Source: Negativicutes bacterium (GTDB lineage Bacteria; Bacillota; Negativicutes; UBA1444). Taken from it: a stretch of 64,000 nucleotides of DNA. Position 1 is the first letter of the stretch. Every line of letters begins with the position of its first letter. The notes below the pieces were generated by a model. That model did no database searches. It was not told where the DNA came from and worked only from the letters and a program-made list of their open reading frames with translations. Where the stretch lies: the NCBI GenBank assembly GCA_963665275.2, contig CAXXIN010000001.1:1-64000 (forward strand), read 5' to 3'. The position numbers and the translations under genes are program-made. Of this stretch, positions 50,295 through 59,789 are shown in pieces.

Positions 50295-51512
50295 ATGAAA
50301 AAATATGTAATTACCAGTTTTGCCAGAACAGCGATCGGCGCCTTTATGGGCGGCCTGAAGGAAGTGCCGGTTCAGGACTTGGCGGCGCTTACGATCAAAG
50401 AGGCGGTGAAACGCTCCAATCTAGGCAGCAAGGATGTGGGTGGCGTCGTCCTCGGCCATGCGATATCCACTGCCGATGCGGGAAATCTGGGCCGACTGGC
50501 GCCCTTGATGGCTGGACTTGACGACGGAACTCCCGGATTCACAGTCAACCGAATTTGTGGTTCCGGCATTCAGGCGGTTATTTCCGCCGTACAGGAAATG
50601 CAGGGGGGCGATCTGGATATTGCGGTTGCCGGCGGCGCCGAAAGCCTGTCGCGAGTTCCGTATTACCTGCCGATGGAAACGCGCTATAAACCGCTGCGCA
50701 ATGGCAATACCACACTCTATTGTTCCAACGAGATGTATGCTCGCAATTGTCAGCCGCTCGACCGTTTCCCGGCGCTGAACATGGGATTGACCGGCGAAAA
50801 TGTAGTTGCGCACCACAATATTTCCCGGGAAGATCAGGATCTCTTTGCCTATCAAAGTCAGATGAAAGCAAAAGCCGCTATGGATAGCGGGCGCTTCGCC
50901 GAAGAGATTGTTCCCGTCGAAATCAAAACCAGGAAAGGTATTGCTTACTTCGACGTGGATGAACACCCCAGACCGGAAGTTACGCTGGAATCCCTGGCGA
51001 AAATGAAACCGGCGTTCAAAAAAGACGGCTCGGTTACGGCCGGCAATGCTTCTGGCATGAATGACGCGGCGGCGGCGCTCGTCATCATGACGGAAGAAAA
51101 GGCGAAAAGTTTGGGGTTGAAACCTCTGGCCTGCATCGGCAGCTATGCAATTTCCGGCATCGATCCGGCCATCATGGGTCTGGGCCCTGTCGGCGCGATT
51201 CAAAAACTGTTGAAAAAAACAGACCTAAGTTTGGAAGATATTGATCTGCTTGAAATCAATGAAGCTTTTGCCGGGCAGGTCCTAGGTTGCTTGAAAGAGC
51301 TGGGCAACTATATCGGTACGCCGCTTTATGACCGCCTCAATGTCAATGGCGGCGCTGTGGCCTTGGGTCATCCGCTTGGAATGAGCGGCGCCCGGCTTGT
51401 CGGCACGATTGCTTATGAATTCCAGCACCGCAAAGAAGCAAGGTACGGCATTGCCTCGGCCTGCATCGGCGGTGGCATGGGCATAGCGCTACTCTTGGAA
51501 AACGTCCAATAA
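50295..51512 (+). CDS. Thiolase (acetyl-CoA C-acyltransferase)
   Basis: NRICGSG, TAGNASGMND, EINEAFA, GHPLG, CIGGGMG. Confidence 0.93.
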   Translation: MKKYVITSFARTAIGAFMGGLKEVPVQDLAALTIKEAVKRSNLGSKDVGGVVLGHAISTADAGNLGRLAPLMAGLDDGTPGFTVNRICGSGIQAVISAVQEMQGGDLDIAVAGGAESLSRVPYYLPMETRYKPLRNGNTTLYCSNEMYARNCQPLDRFPALNMGLTGENVVAHHNISREDQDLFAYQSQMKAKAAMDSGRFAEEIVPVEIKTRKGIAYFDVDEHPRPEVTLESLAKMKPAFKKDGSVTAGNASGMNDAAAALVIMTEEKAKSLGLKPLACIGSYAISGIDPAIMGLGPVGAIQKLLKKTDLSLEDIDLLEINEAFAGQVLGCLKELGNYIGTPLYDRLNVNGGAVALGHPLGMSGARLVGTIAYEFQHRKEARYGIASACIGGGMGIALLLENVQ

Positions 51513-51542
51513 ACAGCCGAAAGTGTGAAAGGAGTAAAATTC

Positions 51543-53117
51543 ATGGCTAAAGTAATAACGGCTGATGAAGCGGCCGCGATCATTAAAGACGGTTCGACTG
51601 TGTTATGGACCACCGCGGGATTGTGCGGTTTCGCCGAAGAAATCGCGATGGCGGTCGAGAAGCGTTTTCTGGAAACCGGCTACCCCCGCCAGATTACGGC
51701 CGTACACGATTGCGGTTGCGGCGAAGGCAAAATAAAAGGGATGAACCGATTAGGTTATGAAGGGCTGGTCAAAAGAATAATCTCCGGCCATATTGGTCAA
51801 GCGCCGCGCATGGGGCAATTAATTCTGGAAAACAAAGTGGAAGCTTACCTGATGCCGCAGGGTGTTTTAGCTCATTTATGGCGGCAAATTGCGGGTAAGA
51901 AGCCCGGCGTCATTACCAAAGTGGGAATGGGAACTTTCGTGGATCCCCGCCTAGAAGGCGGTAAAGGAAATGCCAGAACCACAGAGGACCTGGTGAAAGT
52001 GATCGAGCTGGAAGGCGAAGAATGGCTGATGTTCAAAAAATTCCCGGTTGATATGGCCATTATCCGTGGGACTACAGCCGACGAAAAGGGCAACCTTACC
52101 ATGGAAAAAGAGGCTCTTTTCCTAGAATCCCTGCCTATGGCGCAGGCTGTAAAAAATAGTGGCGGCATCGTAATTGCCCAGGTGGAATACCTGGCCAAAG
52201 CTGGGACTATGCATCCCAAGCAAGTCAAAGTCCCTGGCGTTTTGGTCGATTATGTGGTTGTCGCCAAACCGGAAAACCATATGCAGACGATGGGCACTTA
52301 TTTCAATCCGGCGTTGTCCGGCGATGTCAAGATGCCTCTTGCGTCCTTGACGCCGCTGCCTTTTGATGCGCGTAAAATTGTTGCCAGAAGGGCAGCGATG
52401 GAGCTCATGCCCAATACCATCATCAACCTGGGGATCGGTATGCCGGATGGAGTAGGCAGTATTGCCGCCGAGGAAGGGATTACCGAATTACTTACATTAA
52501 CCACCGAGCTGGGGACCTATGGCGGTATGCCGGCCAGTGGAGCGGATTTTGCCACGGCGTACAATGCCGAGGCCATCATTGAACATGAGGCCCAATTCGA
52601 TTTTTATGATGGCGGCGGGCTCGATACTTGTTTTCTGGGGTTGGCGCAAACAGACAAAAACGGTAATTTGAACGTCAGCAAATTTGGCGCCAAAATGGTG
52701 GGTGCCGGCGGGTTTATCAATATTTCACAAAACGCAAAAAAAGTTGTGTTTTGCGGTACTTTCACCAATGGCGCTGAAATTTCTTTGGAAGATGGGAAGA
52801 TTACAATTCTCAAAGAAGGGAAAAACAAAAAATTTATTGACAAAATCGACCAGGTAACTTTCAGCGGACACTATGCGCAACAAACCAATCAACCGGTGCT
52901 GTACGTTACCGAACGAGCTGTTTTCACATTGGAAGATGGTGAATTGACATTGATCGAAATTGCGCCGGGTATTGATCTGGAAAAAGATATTCTGGGAGCT
53001 ATGGAGTTTAAACCTCGAATTTCTCAAAAATTAACAGAAATGTCATCAGCAATTTTCCGGCCCGAGTGGGGTAAATTAAAGGAATTCATCGAGGCAAAAT
53101 CGCACAACGCAAGCTGA
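51543..53117 (+). CDS. Acyl-CoA:acetate/3-oxoacid CoA transferase (Pct/YdiF family)
   Basis: VGMGTFVDPR, NLGIGMP, TTELG, QFDFYDGGG, GGFINISQ, YVTERAVF. Confidence 0.9.
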   Translation: MAKVITADEAAAIIKDGSTVLWTTAGLCGFAEEIAMAVEKRFLETGYPRQITAVHDCGCGEGKIKGMNRLGYEGLVKRIISGHIGQAPRMGQLILENKVEAYLMPQGVLAHLWRQIAGKKPGVITKVGMGTFVDPRLEGGKGNARTTEDLVKVIELEGEEWLMFKKFPVDMAIIRGTTADEKGNLTMEKEALFLESLPMAQAVKNSGGIVIAQVEYLAKAGTMHPKQVKVPGVLVDYVVVAKPENHMQTMGTYFNPALSGDVKMPLASLTPLPFDARKIVARRAAMELMPNTIINLGIGMPDGVGSIAAEEGITELLTLTTELGTYGGMPASGADFATAYNAEAIIEHEAQFDFYDGGGLDTCFLGLAQTDKNGNLNVSKFGAKMVGAGGFINISQNAKKVVFCGTFTNGAEISLEDGKITILKEGKNKKFIDKIDQVTFSGHYAQQTNQPVLYVTERAVFTLEDGELTLIEIAPGIDLEKDILGAMEFKPRISQKLTEMSSAIFRPEWGKLKEFIEAKSHNAS

Positions 53118-53201
53118 TCCAAGCGGGGCTCTACAGACGACGAAGCAGTTTGTAGGGCCTCCGGTATCCTAATCATTCAACGGCACGGGAGGTTTCTGGT
53201 T

Positions 53202-54425
53202 GTGAATTATGATTCTCGAAGATGGATGTTTTTGCTTGTGGGCATAATGATTAATATTTGTGTGGGATTTGGGTATGCCTGGAGTGTTTTCCAAAAACCA
53301 CTGATCGATCTGCAAAACTGGCCGGCTGCCGATGTTTCACTGGCGTTTACCCTAATCATGGGAACGTCGGCGCTGCCACAGGCTTTTGCCGGCAAGGCGC
53401 AAGAATATACAGAACCCAAACAAGTTATTTTGGTGGGCGGCATTATGCTGGGATGCGGCGTTCTGGCGCTCGGATACATTCAAACTCTTGGGCATTTGTA
53501 TATGGGAAGCATCATTGTCGGTCTCGGTATCGGCGTCGTTTATTCAGGAACTGTTTCCAATTTAGTCCGCTTCTTTCCTGACAGGCGAGGGCTTGCGGCA
53601 GGGCTGCTGGCGGCGGGAATGGGCTCAGGCGCCATCCTGATAGCGCCGCTCGCTTCGTTCATTATCCTTAAGTACGGAGTTCTCATGGCATTGAAAACTC
53701 TCGGACTATTATTTTTAGTCATAACCTGTGGCCTTTCCCGTTTGGTTGAAACCGCGCCGTTGAATTATCTCCCAGCAGGGCATATAGCGACTGCGGGCAA
53801 CCTACCGATCAACTGCGACACAAATAAAACTTGGCGGGAAATGCTGATGGATGTAAGATTCTACGCTTTGGCCGGGGTATTTGTGATTGGAGGAACATCT
53901 GGCATGATGATCATGGGTCATGCCTCTCCGATCGCACAAGAAGTTCTCAAAATTTCGCCTCAGGCTGCCGCTGCCATTGTTGGCTTTTTGGCCATTGCCA
54001 ATGCGGCTGGACGAGTCTTCTGGGGGTGGTTGTCTGATAAAACCGGCCGCTACCCGATTCTAGTAATCATGTATCTGGTGGGTGGCGGCGCGATGTTGGC
54101 TTTGAGTCAAGTCAGTTCTTCTTTATCTTTTACATCTGTGATGATGAGTGTTGCCCTATGTTATGGTGGATTTATGGGAATGATGGCTTCATTGACTGCG
54201 GATACGTTTGGTCCCAAGTATCTCGGTGTAAATTTCGGAATTATGTTTCTCACAGTCGGCGTAGCAGCATTCATCGGTCCCCATTTGGCGGCTGTTGTTC
54301 GTGAAACCAACCATGGAGATTATTCGCAGGCGTTTGTTATTGCAGCGGCGTTGAATTTGCTCGGCATTGCATTCGCTCTCTTTGCGTATCGTAAACAGAT
54401 CGGACTGCCCAGATTCGCATCATGA
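53202..54425 (+). CDS. MFS transporter, oxalate/formate antiporter (OFA/MCT) family
   Basis: YAWSVF, FFPDRRGLAAG, NAAGRVFWGWLSDK, FGPKYLGVNFG. Confidence 0.85.
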   Translation: MNYDSRRWMFLLVGIMINICVGFGYAWSVFQKPLIDLQNWPAADVSLAFTLIMGTSALPQAFAGKAQEYTEPKQVILVGGIMLGCGVLALGYIQTLGHLYMGSIIVGLGIGVVYSGTVSNLVRFFPDRRGLAAGLLAAGMGSGAILIAPLASFIILKYGVLMALKTLGLLFLVITCGLSRLVETAPLNYLPAGHIATAGNLPINCDTNKTWREMLMDVRFYALAGVFVIGGTSGMMIMGHASPIAQEVLKISPQAAAAIVGFLAIANAAGRVFWGWLSDKTGRYPILVIMYLVGGGAMLALSQVSSSLSFTSVMMSVALCYGGFMGMMASLTADTFGPKYLGVNFGIMFLTVGVAAFIGPHLAAVVRETNHGDYSQAFVIAAALNLLGIAFALFAYRKQIGLPRFAS

Positions 54426-54447
54426 ATCGATAAAGGTCTAAGCGACT

Positions 54448-54482
54448 AAAAGAGCCTTTGCAGAAAACTGCAAAGGCTCTTT
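54448..54482. terminator. Bidirectional terminator
   Basis: AAAGAGCCTTTGCAG-AAAA-CTGCAAAGGCTCTTT. Confidence 0.8.
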
Positions 54483-54498
54483 GGTTTTTGGTAGAAGG

Positions 54499-55020
54499 CT
54501 ATTCTCGATGTAGGTTGTATTTTCTATTCTCATTGCCGATTTGTCCCGTAGCGGTTAACTTGCCATCGGCGGTCAGTTTGTAGGCGATGTTTGCTTGCTT
54601 GTTTTCATAGGGGTAACTGACCAGAAGCTCCTTGGTGTCCGCACTCCAGGACGCCTTGTAGCGCGCCCAGAAAGCTTTTGTCGGATACTTTTTGAGCGCC
54701 TGGAAATCGCCCCTGGCATAAATGACGGTAATGATCCCGACTTCGTCAATCTTTTCCACGATCAAAACGTGCTGCGTAGTATCGCCCCAGTTCTTGCCAT
54801 CCCCTGCCGATATACTGAGCGTTCCCACCCACTTGCCGGACAATCGCGCCAGGTCTTCAGGCACGTTTGGTCCGGGCGGTACAATATTGATGTTCGCGGG
54901 AAGCGGCACCGCATCGGCGCAAAAGCCTATAGAGCCGATTGAAAGAATCGATAAGAGGATACACAGGACTCGCAACGCTAAAATTTTTTTCTGTAGCAGC
55001 AAAATCTTCACTCCTTTCAT
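54499..55020 (-). CDS. Secreted hypothetical protein
   Basis: Signal-like hydrophobic stretch, then VPLP..INIVPP...LARLSGKWVG; start position uncertain. Confidence 0.55.
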   Translation of the reverse strand: MKGVKILLLQKKILALRVLCILLSILSIGSIGFCADAVPLPANINIVPPGPNVPEDLARLSGKWVGTLSISAGDGKNWGDTTQHVLIVEKIDEVGIITVIYARGDFQALKKYPTKAFWARYKASWSADTKELLVSYPYENKQANIAYKLTADGKLTATGQIGNENRKYNLHRE

Positions 55021-55298
55021 AATACGAAAATAGAACGCATTTTGAGAAGGGTTTGTGATTTCCTGAGAATCCTGGAGAAGGAAATTGCCTATTTGTGTTG
55101 GCAAGTTGTAGTTTCGATATCAATTTAATAATACCTGCAACAAAATAGAACCTCGAAATAATATAGTGGGTTTCCCGCTCATACTTACACAAAGCTAAAT
55201 TGGCGTTGGCAGGTCGCGATGCATAAATCGGTGTTCGTTAACGAGAAAGAAAGAGTTAAGCAAAGTAAGAAGGGGGATTTGTAGAAAATATTTGTATT

Positions 55299-55883
55299 CT
55301 AATTGGGGGGAGCCGCAAAATCCGAATTCAGTGTTGTCCTATTTTCAGCGATGTAATAAAAACACGCATCGGTGTCACCCCTGTTGAACCATTCATGTTT
55401 TGAACCAATCTGATAAGCGATTGAGTCGCCTTCATCAAGAACAATCTCTTCGGCATTAGATGCGATGCGTAGCGCGAGCTTGCCGGATGCGACCACCAGA
55501 TATTCTTTTAGCGGGGGATTGTGCGGCATGATAAGACCAGTGCTTTTTCCGCAGGGGACGACACAATATTCGAATTCGATCATGCTGAACGGCAGTGAAG
55601 GTGAAAGCAAAAAGCGTTGGTATGAGTCAGCACAGATCTGAACAGGTCGTTCGTTTTTTCGAATAACTCTAATTTTGCTGTCTTCGCTTCGGCCAAGAAG
55701 CTCCGCGATGGAAATTCCCAACGCATCTGCAATTTTACAGGCAACCTCAATGGTGGGGCTTTTTGCACCGCGTTCGATTTCGGAAAGCATTGATAAACTT
55801 ACGCTGCTTGTAGACGATAACTTTTTCAAGGTAAATTGTTGTATCTTGCGATAGCGCTTAACATTCAAGCCGAACTTTGCCAT
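55299..55883 (-). CDS. XRE-HTH + cupin transcriptional regulator
   Basis: SMLSEIERGAKSPTIEVACKIADALG; C-terminal cupin (EYLVVASG...LDEGDS...H). Confidence 0.85.
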   Translation of the reverse strand: MAKFGLNVKRYRKIQQFTLKKLSSTSSVSLSMLSEIERGAKSPTIEVACKIADALGISIAELLGRSEDSKIRVIRKNERPVQICADSYQRFLLSPSLPFSMIEFEYCVVPCGKSTGLIMPHNPPLKEYLVVASGKLALRIASNAEEIVLDEGDSIAYQIGSKHEWFNRGDTDACFYYIAENRTTLNSDFAAPPN

Positions 55884-55942
55884 GTATATCCTCCATGTTT
55901 AGATAAATATTCCATTGTTATTATAAAACTGTGTGTAATGGG

Positions 55943-55971
55943 TTGAAAAATACGCTATAGAGGTATAAAAT
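55943..55971 (+). promoter_or_regulatory. Sigma-A promoter upstream of the MCP operon leader
   Basis: TTGAAA-17nt-TAAAAT. Confidence 0.7.
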
Positions 55972-56077
55972 TACTCAATAAAGGAATTGTCATTGGCGAA
56001 TAATTTTTCCGATTCTATGAAAAGTATAGTATACCAACGAAAATAATACTATCGTTGATCGATGGAATGACTTTCCT

Positions 56078-56109
56078 TCGGCTCTGGCAACGGAGCCGAG
56101 TTTATTTTT
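56078..56109 (+). terminator. Intrinsic terminator inside the 5' leader of the MCP gene (attenuator candidate)
   Basis: TCGGCTCTG-GCAA-CGGAGCCGA followed by GTTTATTTTT, 26 nt before the ATG. Confidence 0.7.
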
Positions 56110-56135
56110 GCAAATAGCATGGACGGGGTGAAAAA

Positions 56136-57911
56136 ATGTTAAGCAAGTTTAGTGTGGGAAAAAAGTTGATGGGAGCTTTTTCCTTGTTCACGCTCCTCAC
56201 GTTGGGCGTCGGTTTTGTGGGTTATCATGGCATGGGTAAGATGATGCGGGATTCACAACAATTATTGGGAAATGTTATTCCGGGAATGCAAGCCGTTTTG
56301 ACCATAAGCGATGGACAAAAAGGGGTGTTGGCGGCAGAACGGCTTTTGACAGATCCCAGAATATCGGATCAGAAGCTTAAGGCTCAGCAATACAAATTTA
56401 TTGAGGGAGAAATGAGGAGAATCGATAAAGCCTGGGAGGTATATGAGAATGCCCCCAAGGGGGAGCAGGCAGAGTCTTTGTGGAAAAACATAAAAATGGA
56501 ATGGGGAACTTGGAAACAGCACATACTAAAGACGTTGGAACTTATGAAGGAAAAAGACCGGCTACTGCTATCGGGGATGCTTGTTACCGACCTAAGGGTG
56601 GCGGAACTTGATGCAAAAGCCTTGGAATCTTCAATGCTGGCGAGACAGTCATATCTTGCGATTCAGCCATCTATCGAGCAACTCATTACGCTTAGCGACA
56701 ATGTTGCGCGTGACGCAGGTAAGGTAACAGACGCTACCTATCTACTGGGGCGAAATTTGCTGGCGATCACTCTCCTGTTTGCAATAATGATCGCAATGAT
56801 TTTGGGTGCATACCTTACCCGTTCCATTACGGGACCGATAAAAAAATTGTGCGGGTTGATGTCCAAGGCGGGCGAGGGAGATCTGACTGTTCACGGACAG
56901 GTAGAGTCTCATGACGAGGTTGGACAATTGGTGAATTCGTTCAACAATATGCTGGATCATTTGCGGTCATTGGTTTCCAAAGTCGGTCAGACGGCAGTGG
57001 AACTGTCAGCCGCTTCGGAAGAACTGGCCTCCTCCAGTGAAGAGGTCAGTGCAACTTCTACCGAAGTGGCCAATACCATCCAGGCGGTGACACGGGAAGC
57101 TGAAGCCGGCAATGATTCAATGCTTGAAATTTCAAAAGTTCTGCTGGAGTTGTCCTCCCTGATTCAAATCGCCAAAGAACGAGCCAATGAGGCGGACGAC
57201 GATTCGAAATTGATGCAGAATGCGGCCATTGAAGGGCGTAAAACTGTTGATGAAACCATGCAGTGTATGGACAATATCAAAAGCCAAACGCTGGAAAGCG
57301 AAGAACTGACCCATACACTGAACGTGTATTCGGCTGAAATTCACACGATTACTGAAACAATAACCTCAATTGCCCAACAAACCAATCTGTTGGCGCTCAA
57401 CGCCGCGATAGAAGCGGCTCGCGCCGGGGAAGCGGGAAGAGGGTTTTCTGTTGTCGCAGAAGAGGTGCGAAAACTTGCGGAGCAGTCTAGTAATGGCTCA
57501 AAAGAAGTTGCGGAAAAGCTCGCTAAAGTGACCGAGGCGACCCAGGCGAGCGTAGAGGCAACTATCAAAAGTCGTAACGAAGTTGAGCGTGGCGCTGATT
57601 CGGTTGTGCAGCTTGGCCAAGCGTTGGAAAGAATTTTGGGAGCGATTGAACGGACAGTGGAAAATACATCCCGGATTATTTCTGTGACCGATAACGAGGT
57701 TTCCTCTTCTGAAAAGATTGTTGCGCTGATTAGTACAACCGCTGGCGGAATAGAGACAACTGCGAAACATGCCGAAGAGGTTGCGGCAGCCACCCAAGAA
57801 ACAACGGCGACCATGGAGACCATTGCCGCCAGCGCGGAAGAACTGAGCGCCATCGCTCACGACTTGAAGCAAGGCGTCGAAAAGTTTAAATATAACGAAA
57901 TAGTGGGGTGA
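56136..57911 (+). CDS. Methyl-accepting chemotaxis protein (4HB-HAMP-MCP)
   Basis: 2 [46 protein letters not shown]. Confidence 0.95.
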   Translation: MLSKFSVGKKLMGAFSLFTLLTLGVGFVGYHGMGKMMRDSQQLLGNVIPGMQAVLTISDGQKGVLAAERLLTDPRISDQKLKAQQYKFIEGEMRRIDKAWEVYENAPKGEQAESLWKNIKMEWGTWKQHILKTLELMKEKDRLLLSGMLVTDLRVAELDAKALESSMLARQSYLAIQPSIEQLITLSDNVARDAGKVTDATYLLGRNLLAITLLFAIMIAMILGAYLTRSITGPIKKLCGLMSKAGEGDLTVHGQVESHDEVGQLVNSFNNMLDHLRSLVSKVGQTAVELSAASEELASSSEEVSATSTEVANTIQAVTREAEAGNDSMLEISKVLLELSSLIQIAKERANEADDDSKLMQNAAIEGRKTVDETMQCMDNIKSQTLESEELTHTLNVYSAEIHTITETITSIAQQTNLLALNAAIEAARAGEAGRGFSVVAEEVRKLAEQSSNGSKEVAEKLAKVTEATQASVEATIKSRNEVERGADSVVQLGQALERILGAIERTVENTSRIISVTDNEVSSSEKIVALISTTAGGIETTAKHAEEVAAATQETTATMETIAASAEELSAIAHDLKQGVEKFKYNEIVG

Positions 57912-58219
57912 ATATTATGGGGTTCAGAATGGAGGAAAACAACGGAAAGGTAACGGTGAAACTCACAGGCGATATGTTTGTGAAGGCAGTGGCCGGGCTG
58001 AGGGAAGAATTGTTGAAGCTCGTTGCGACCGGCAAAATTTGCTTTATTTTTGACATGGGTGAGCTTCGGTATATTGACAGTGCCGGGCTGGGGTTGATGG
58101 TTACTTTGTTGAAAAGAGTAGCTCCGCTAGGCGGTGAAATCCGTGTGCGACACATGAATGGAGTCGTCAAAGAATTGTTTGAACAGACCCGGTTGGATAG
58201 AGTATTCATTATTGAGTAA
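57908..58219 (+). CDS. STAS anti-sigma-factor antagonist
   Basis: YIDSAGLG phospho-serine motif, LFEQTRL. Confidence 0.9.
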   Translation: MNIMGFRMEENNGKVTVKLTGDMFVKAVAGLREELLKLVATGKICFIFDMGELRYIDSAGLGLMVTLLKRVAPLGGEIRVRHMNGVVKELFEQTRLDRVFIIE

Positions 58220-58250
58220 AAATGCAATTCTCCAGAAAGGAACGGAAAGA

Positions 58251-59789
58251 ATGAAAAAAAAGGAAAATCGGCAAATTGTTGCTGAAGTGCTAAATTTTCA
58301 GGTCACAACTTCTATTTTGGATCATGTTTCAGATCTCGTTTGGATCAAGGATAACAATGGTCGGTATATGGCGGTTAGCGAGTCGTTTGGCAACTTGTTC
58401 GGGTTGGAAAAAGACGCATTTATCGGCAAGACGGCCGATGAATTTGATTTTGGCAGTCTTGAGGATGTAGCCGATGACCAAACCGTAATTCGCGATCGAA
58501 AAATTTCAGTCATGCAAAAGACGAAAGTTCTATCGGAAGGAGGGCGACGATTCTTCGAAGTACACAAAGCGCCGATTTGCGATATTGCGGGAAACGTGGT
58601 CGGCATCATCGCAACAGGTCGGGATATTACTGAACTGGTTCAGAAGCAGGAGCATCTACGGTATATCGGTTATCATGATATGCTGACGAAGCTTCACAAC
58701 CGGAATTATTTCGAGCAGCTTCCAGAGAAACTGTTAAAAGATAATGTGGAAAAATTAGGAATGGTGATCTGTGATATTGATGGCCTGAAGTTAGTTAATG
58801 ATACCTTGGGGCATACAGCAGGTGACGAAAGATTGAAAGTTTCCGCAGGCATTCTGGCGCAGTCCGTAGGAAGTTGCGGTGAAGTGTCGCGGATAGGTGG
58901 CGATGAATTTGTGGTTGTTGTGCCGGATGCTTCACAGAAAATAGTTGATATTATTGTTCATCGTATGAAAGTTCTGTTAGAGGAGCATAACTGCAGCTGT
59001 GAACATTTCCCGTTGAATATTTCCTTTGGCGTAGCCATCGGCAATCTAAGCACGACAGACTTTTTCACAATTTTTCGCGATGCTGATAATTCAATGTACC
59101 GGGATAAGATGCTTCATGCCGAAAGCTCTCAGAATGTCATGGTCAAAACCGTTATTAAGATGCTTTCCATGAAAGATTTTATTATGGAAGGGCATGCTGA
59201 GCGGTTGCAAGGGTATGTGACTGCCCTGGGGCAAGCCGCAGGGTTGCATGCAAGTAAGCTGAACGACCTGCGATTGTTAGCGGAATTTCATGATATTGGC
59301 AAGATTGGCATATCGGAGGCTATTCTCAAAAAACCGGGACCCCTTTCAGCCGATGAACTTGTTCAGATGCGGCGACATCCGGAAATAGGGTACCATTTCT
59401 CCAAAGCAATTCCGAACCTTAGTCCCATTTCGGATTGGATTCTTAAACACCATGAGTGGTGGGATGGTTCCGGCTATCCCCTGGGGATAAGAGGGGAAAA
59501 CATCCCTATCGAGGCAAGGATTATACATATTGCCGATGCGTTTGATGCAATGACGCATAATCGCCCGTATCGCAAGTCTCTTGGTCAAAAGTCGGCCATT
59601 CTTGAATTGAAAAGAGGCTCCGGCACTCAATTTGATCCCGATCTGGTCAAGAAATTTCTTCGCTTGGACGAGATCAATACTGTGCAAGTAACAGAACAGG
59701 CTAATTTCACAAAGCCGATTATCCACAAGATGGAGAAGGAAGTATGGATGCAGCAGGCAAACAAGGCTTGCGCAACTGCGGGAATATGA
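58251..59789 (+). CDS. PAS-GGDEF-HD-GYP protein
   Basis: PAS; HDMLTKLHNR, NDTLGHTAGD, RIGGDEF; HDIGK, HHEWWDGSGYP, DAFDAM. Confidence 0.9.
   Translation: MKKKENRQIVAEVLNFQVTTSILDHVSDLVWIKDNNGRYMAVSESFGNLFGLEKDAFIGKTADEFDFGSLEDVADDQTVIRDRKISVMQKTKVLSEGGRRFFEVHKAPICDIAGNVVGIIATGRDITELVQKQEHLRYIGYHDMLTKLHNRNYFEQLPEKLLKDNVEKLGMVICDIDGLKLVNDTLGHTAGDERLKVSAGILAQSVGSCGEVSRIGGDEFVVVVPDASQKIVDIIVHRMKVLLEEHNCSCEHFPLNISFGVAIGNLSTTDFFTIFRDADNSMYRDKMLHAESSQNVMVKTVIKMLSMKDFIMEGHAERLQGYVTALGQAAGLHASKLNDLRLLAEFHDIGKIGISEAILKKPGPLSADELVQMRRHPEIGYHFSKAIPNLSPISDWILKHHEWWDGSGYPLGIRGENIPIEARIIHIADAFDAMTHNRPYRKSLGQKSAILELKRGSGTQFDPDLVKKFLRLDEINTVQVTEQANFTKPIIHKMEKEVWMQQANKACATAGI

Noticed and set aside
56086-56097. 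ANTAR-like hairpin GGC-AACGGA-GCC
   Set aside because: It lies in the loop and 3' arm of the terminator with no upstream partner hairpin; it is better explained as a GCAA-tetraloop terminator
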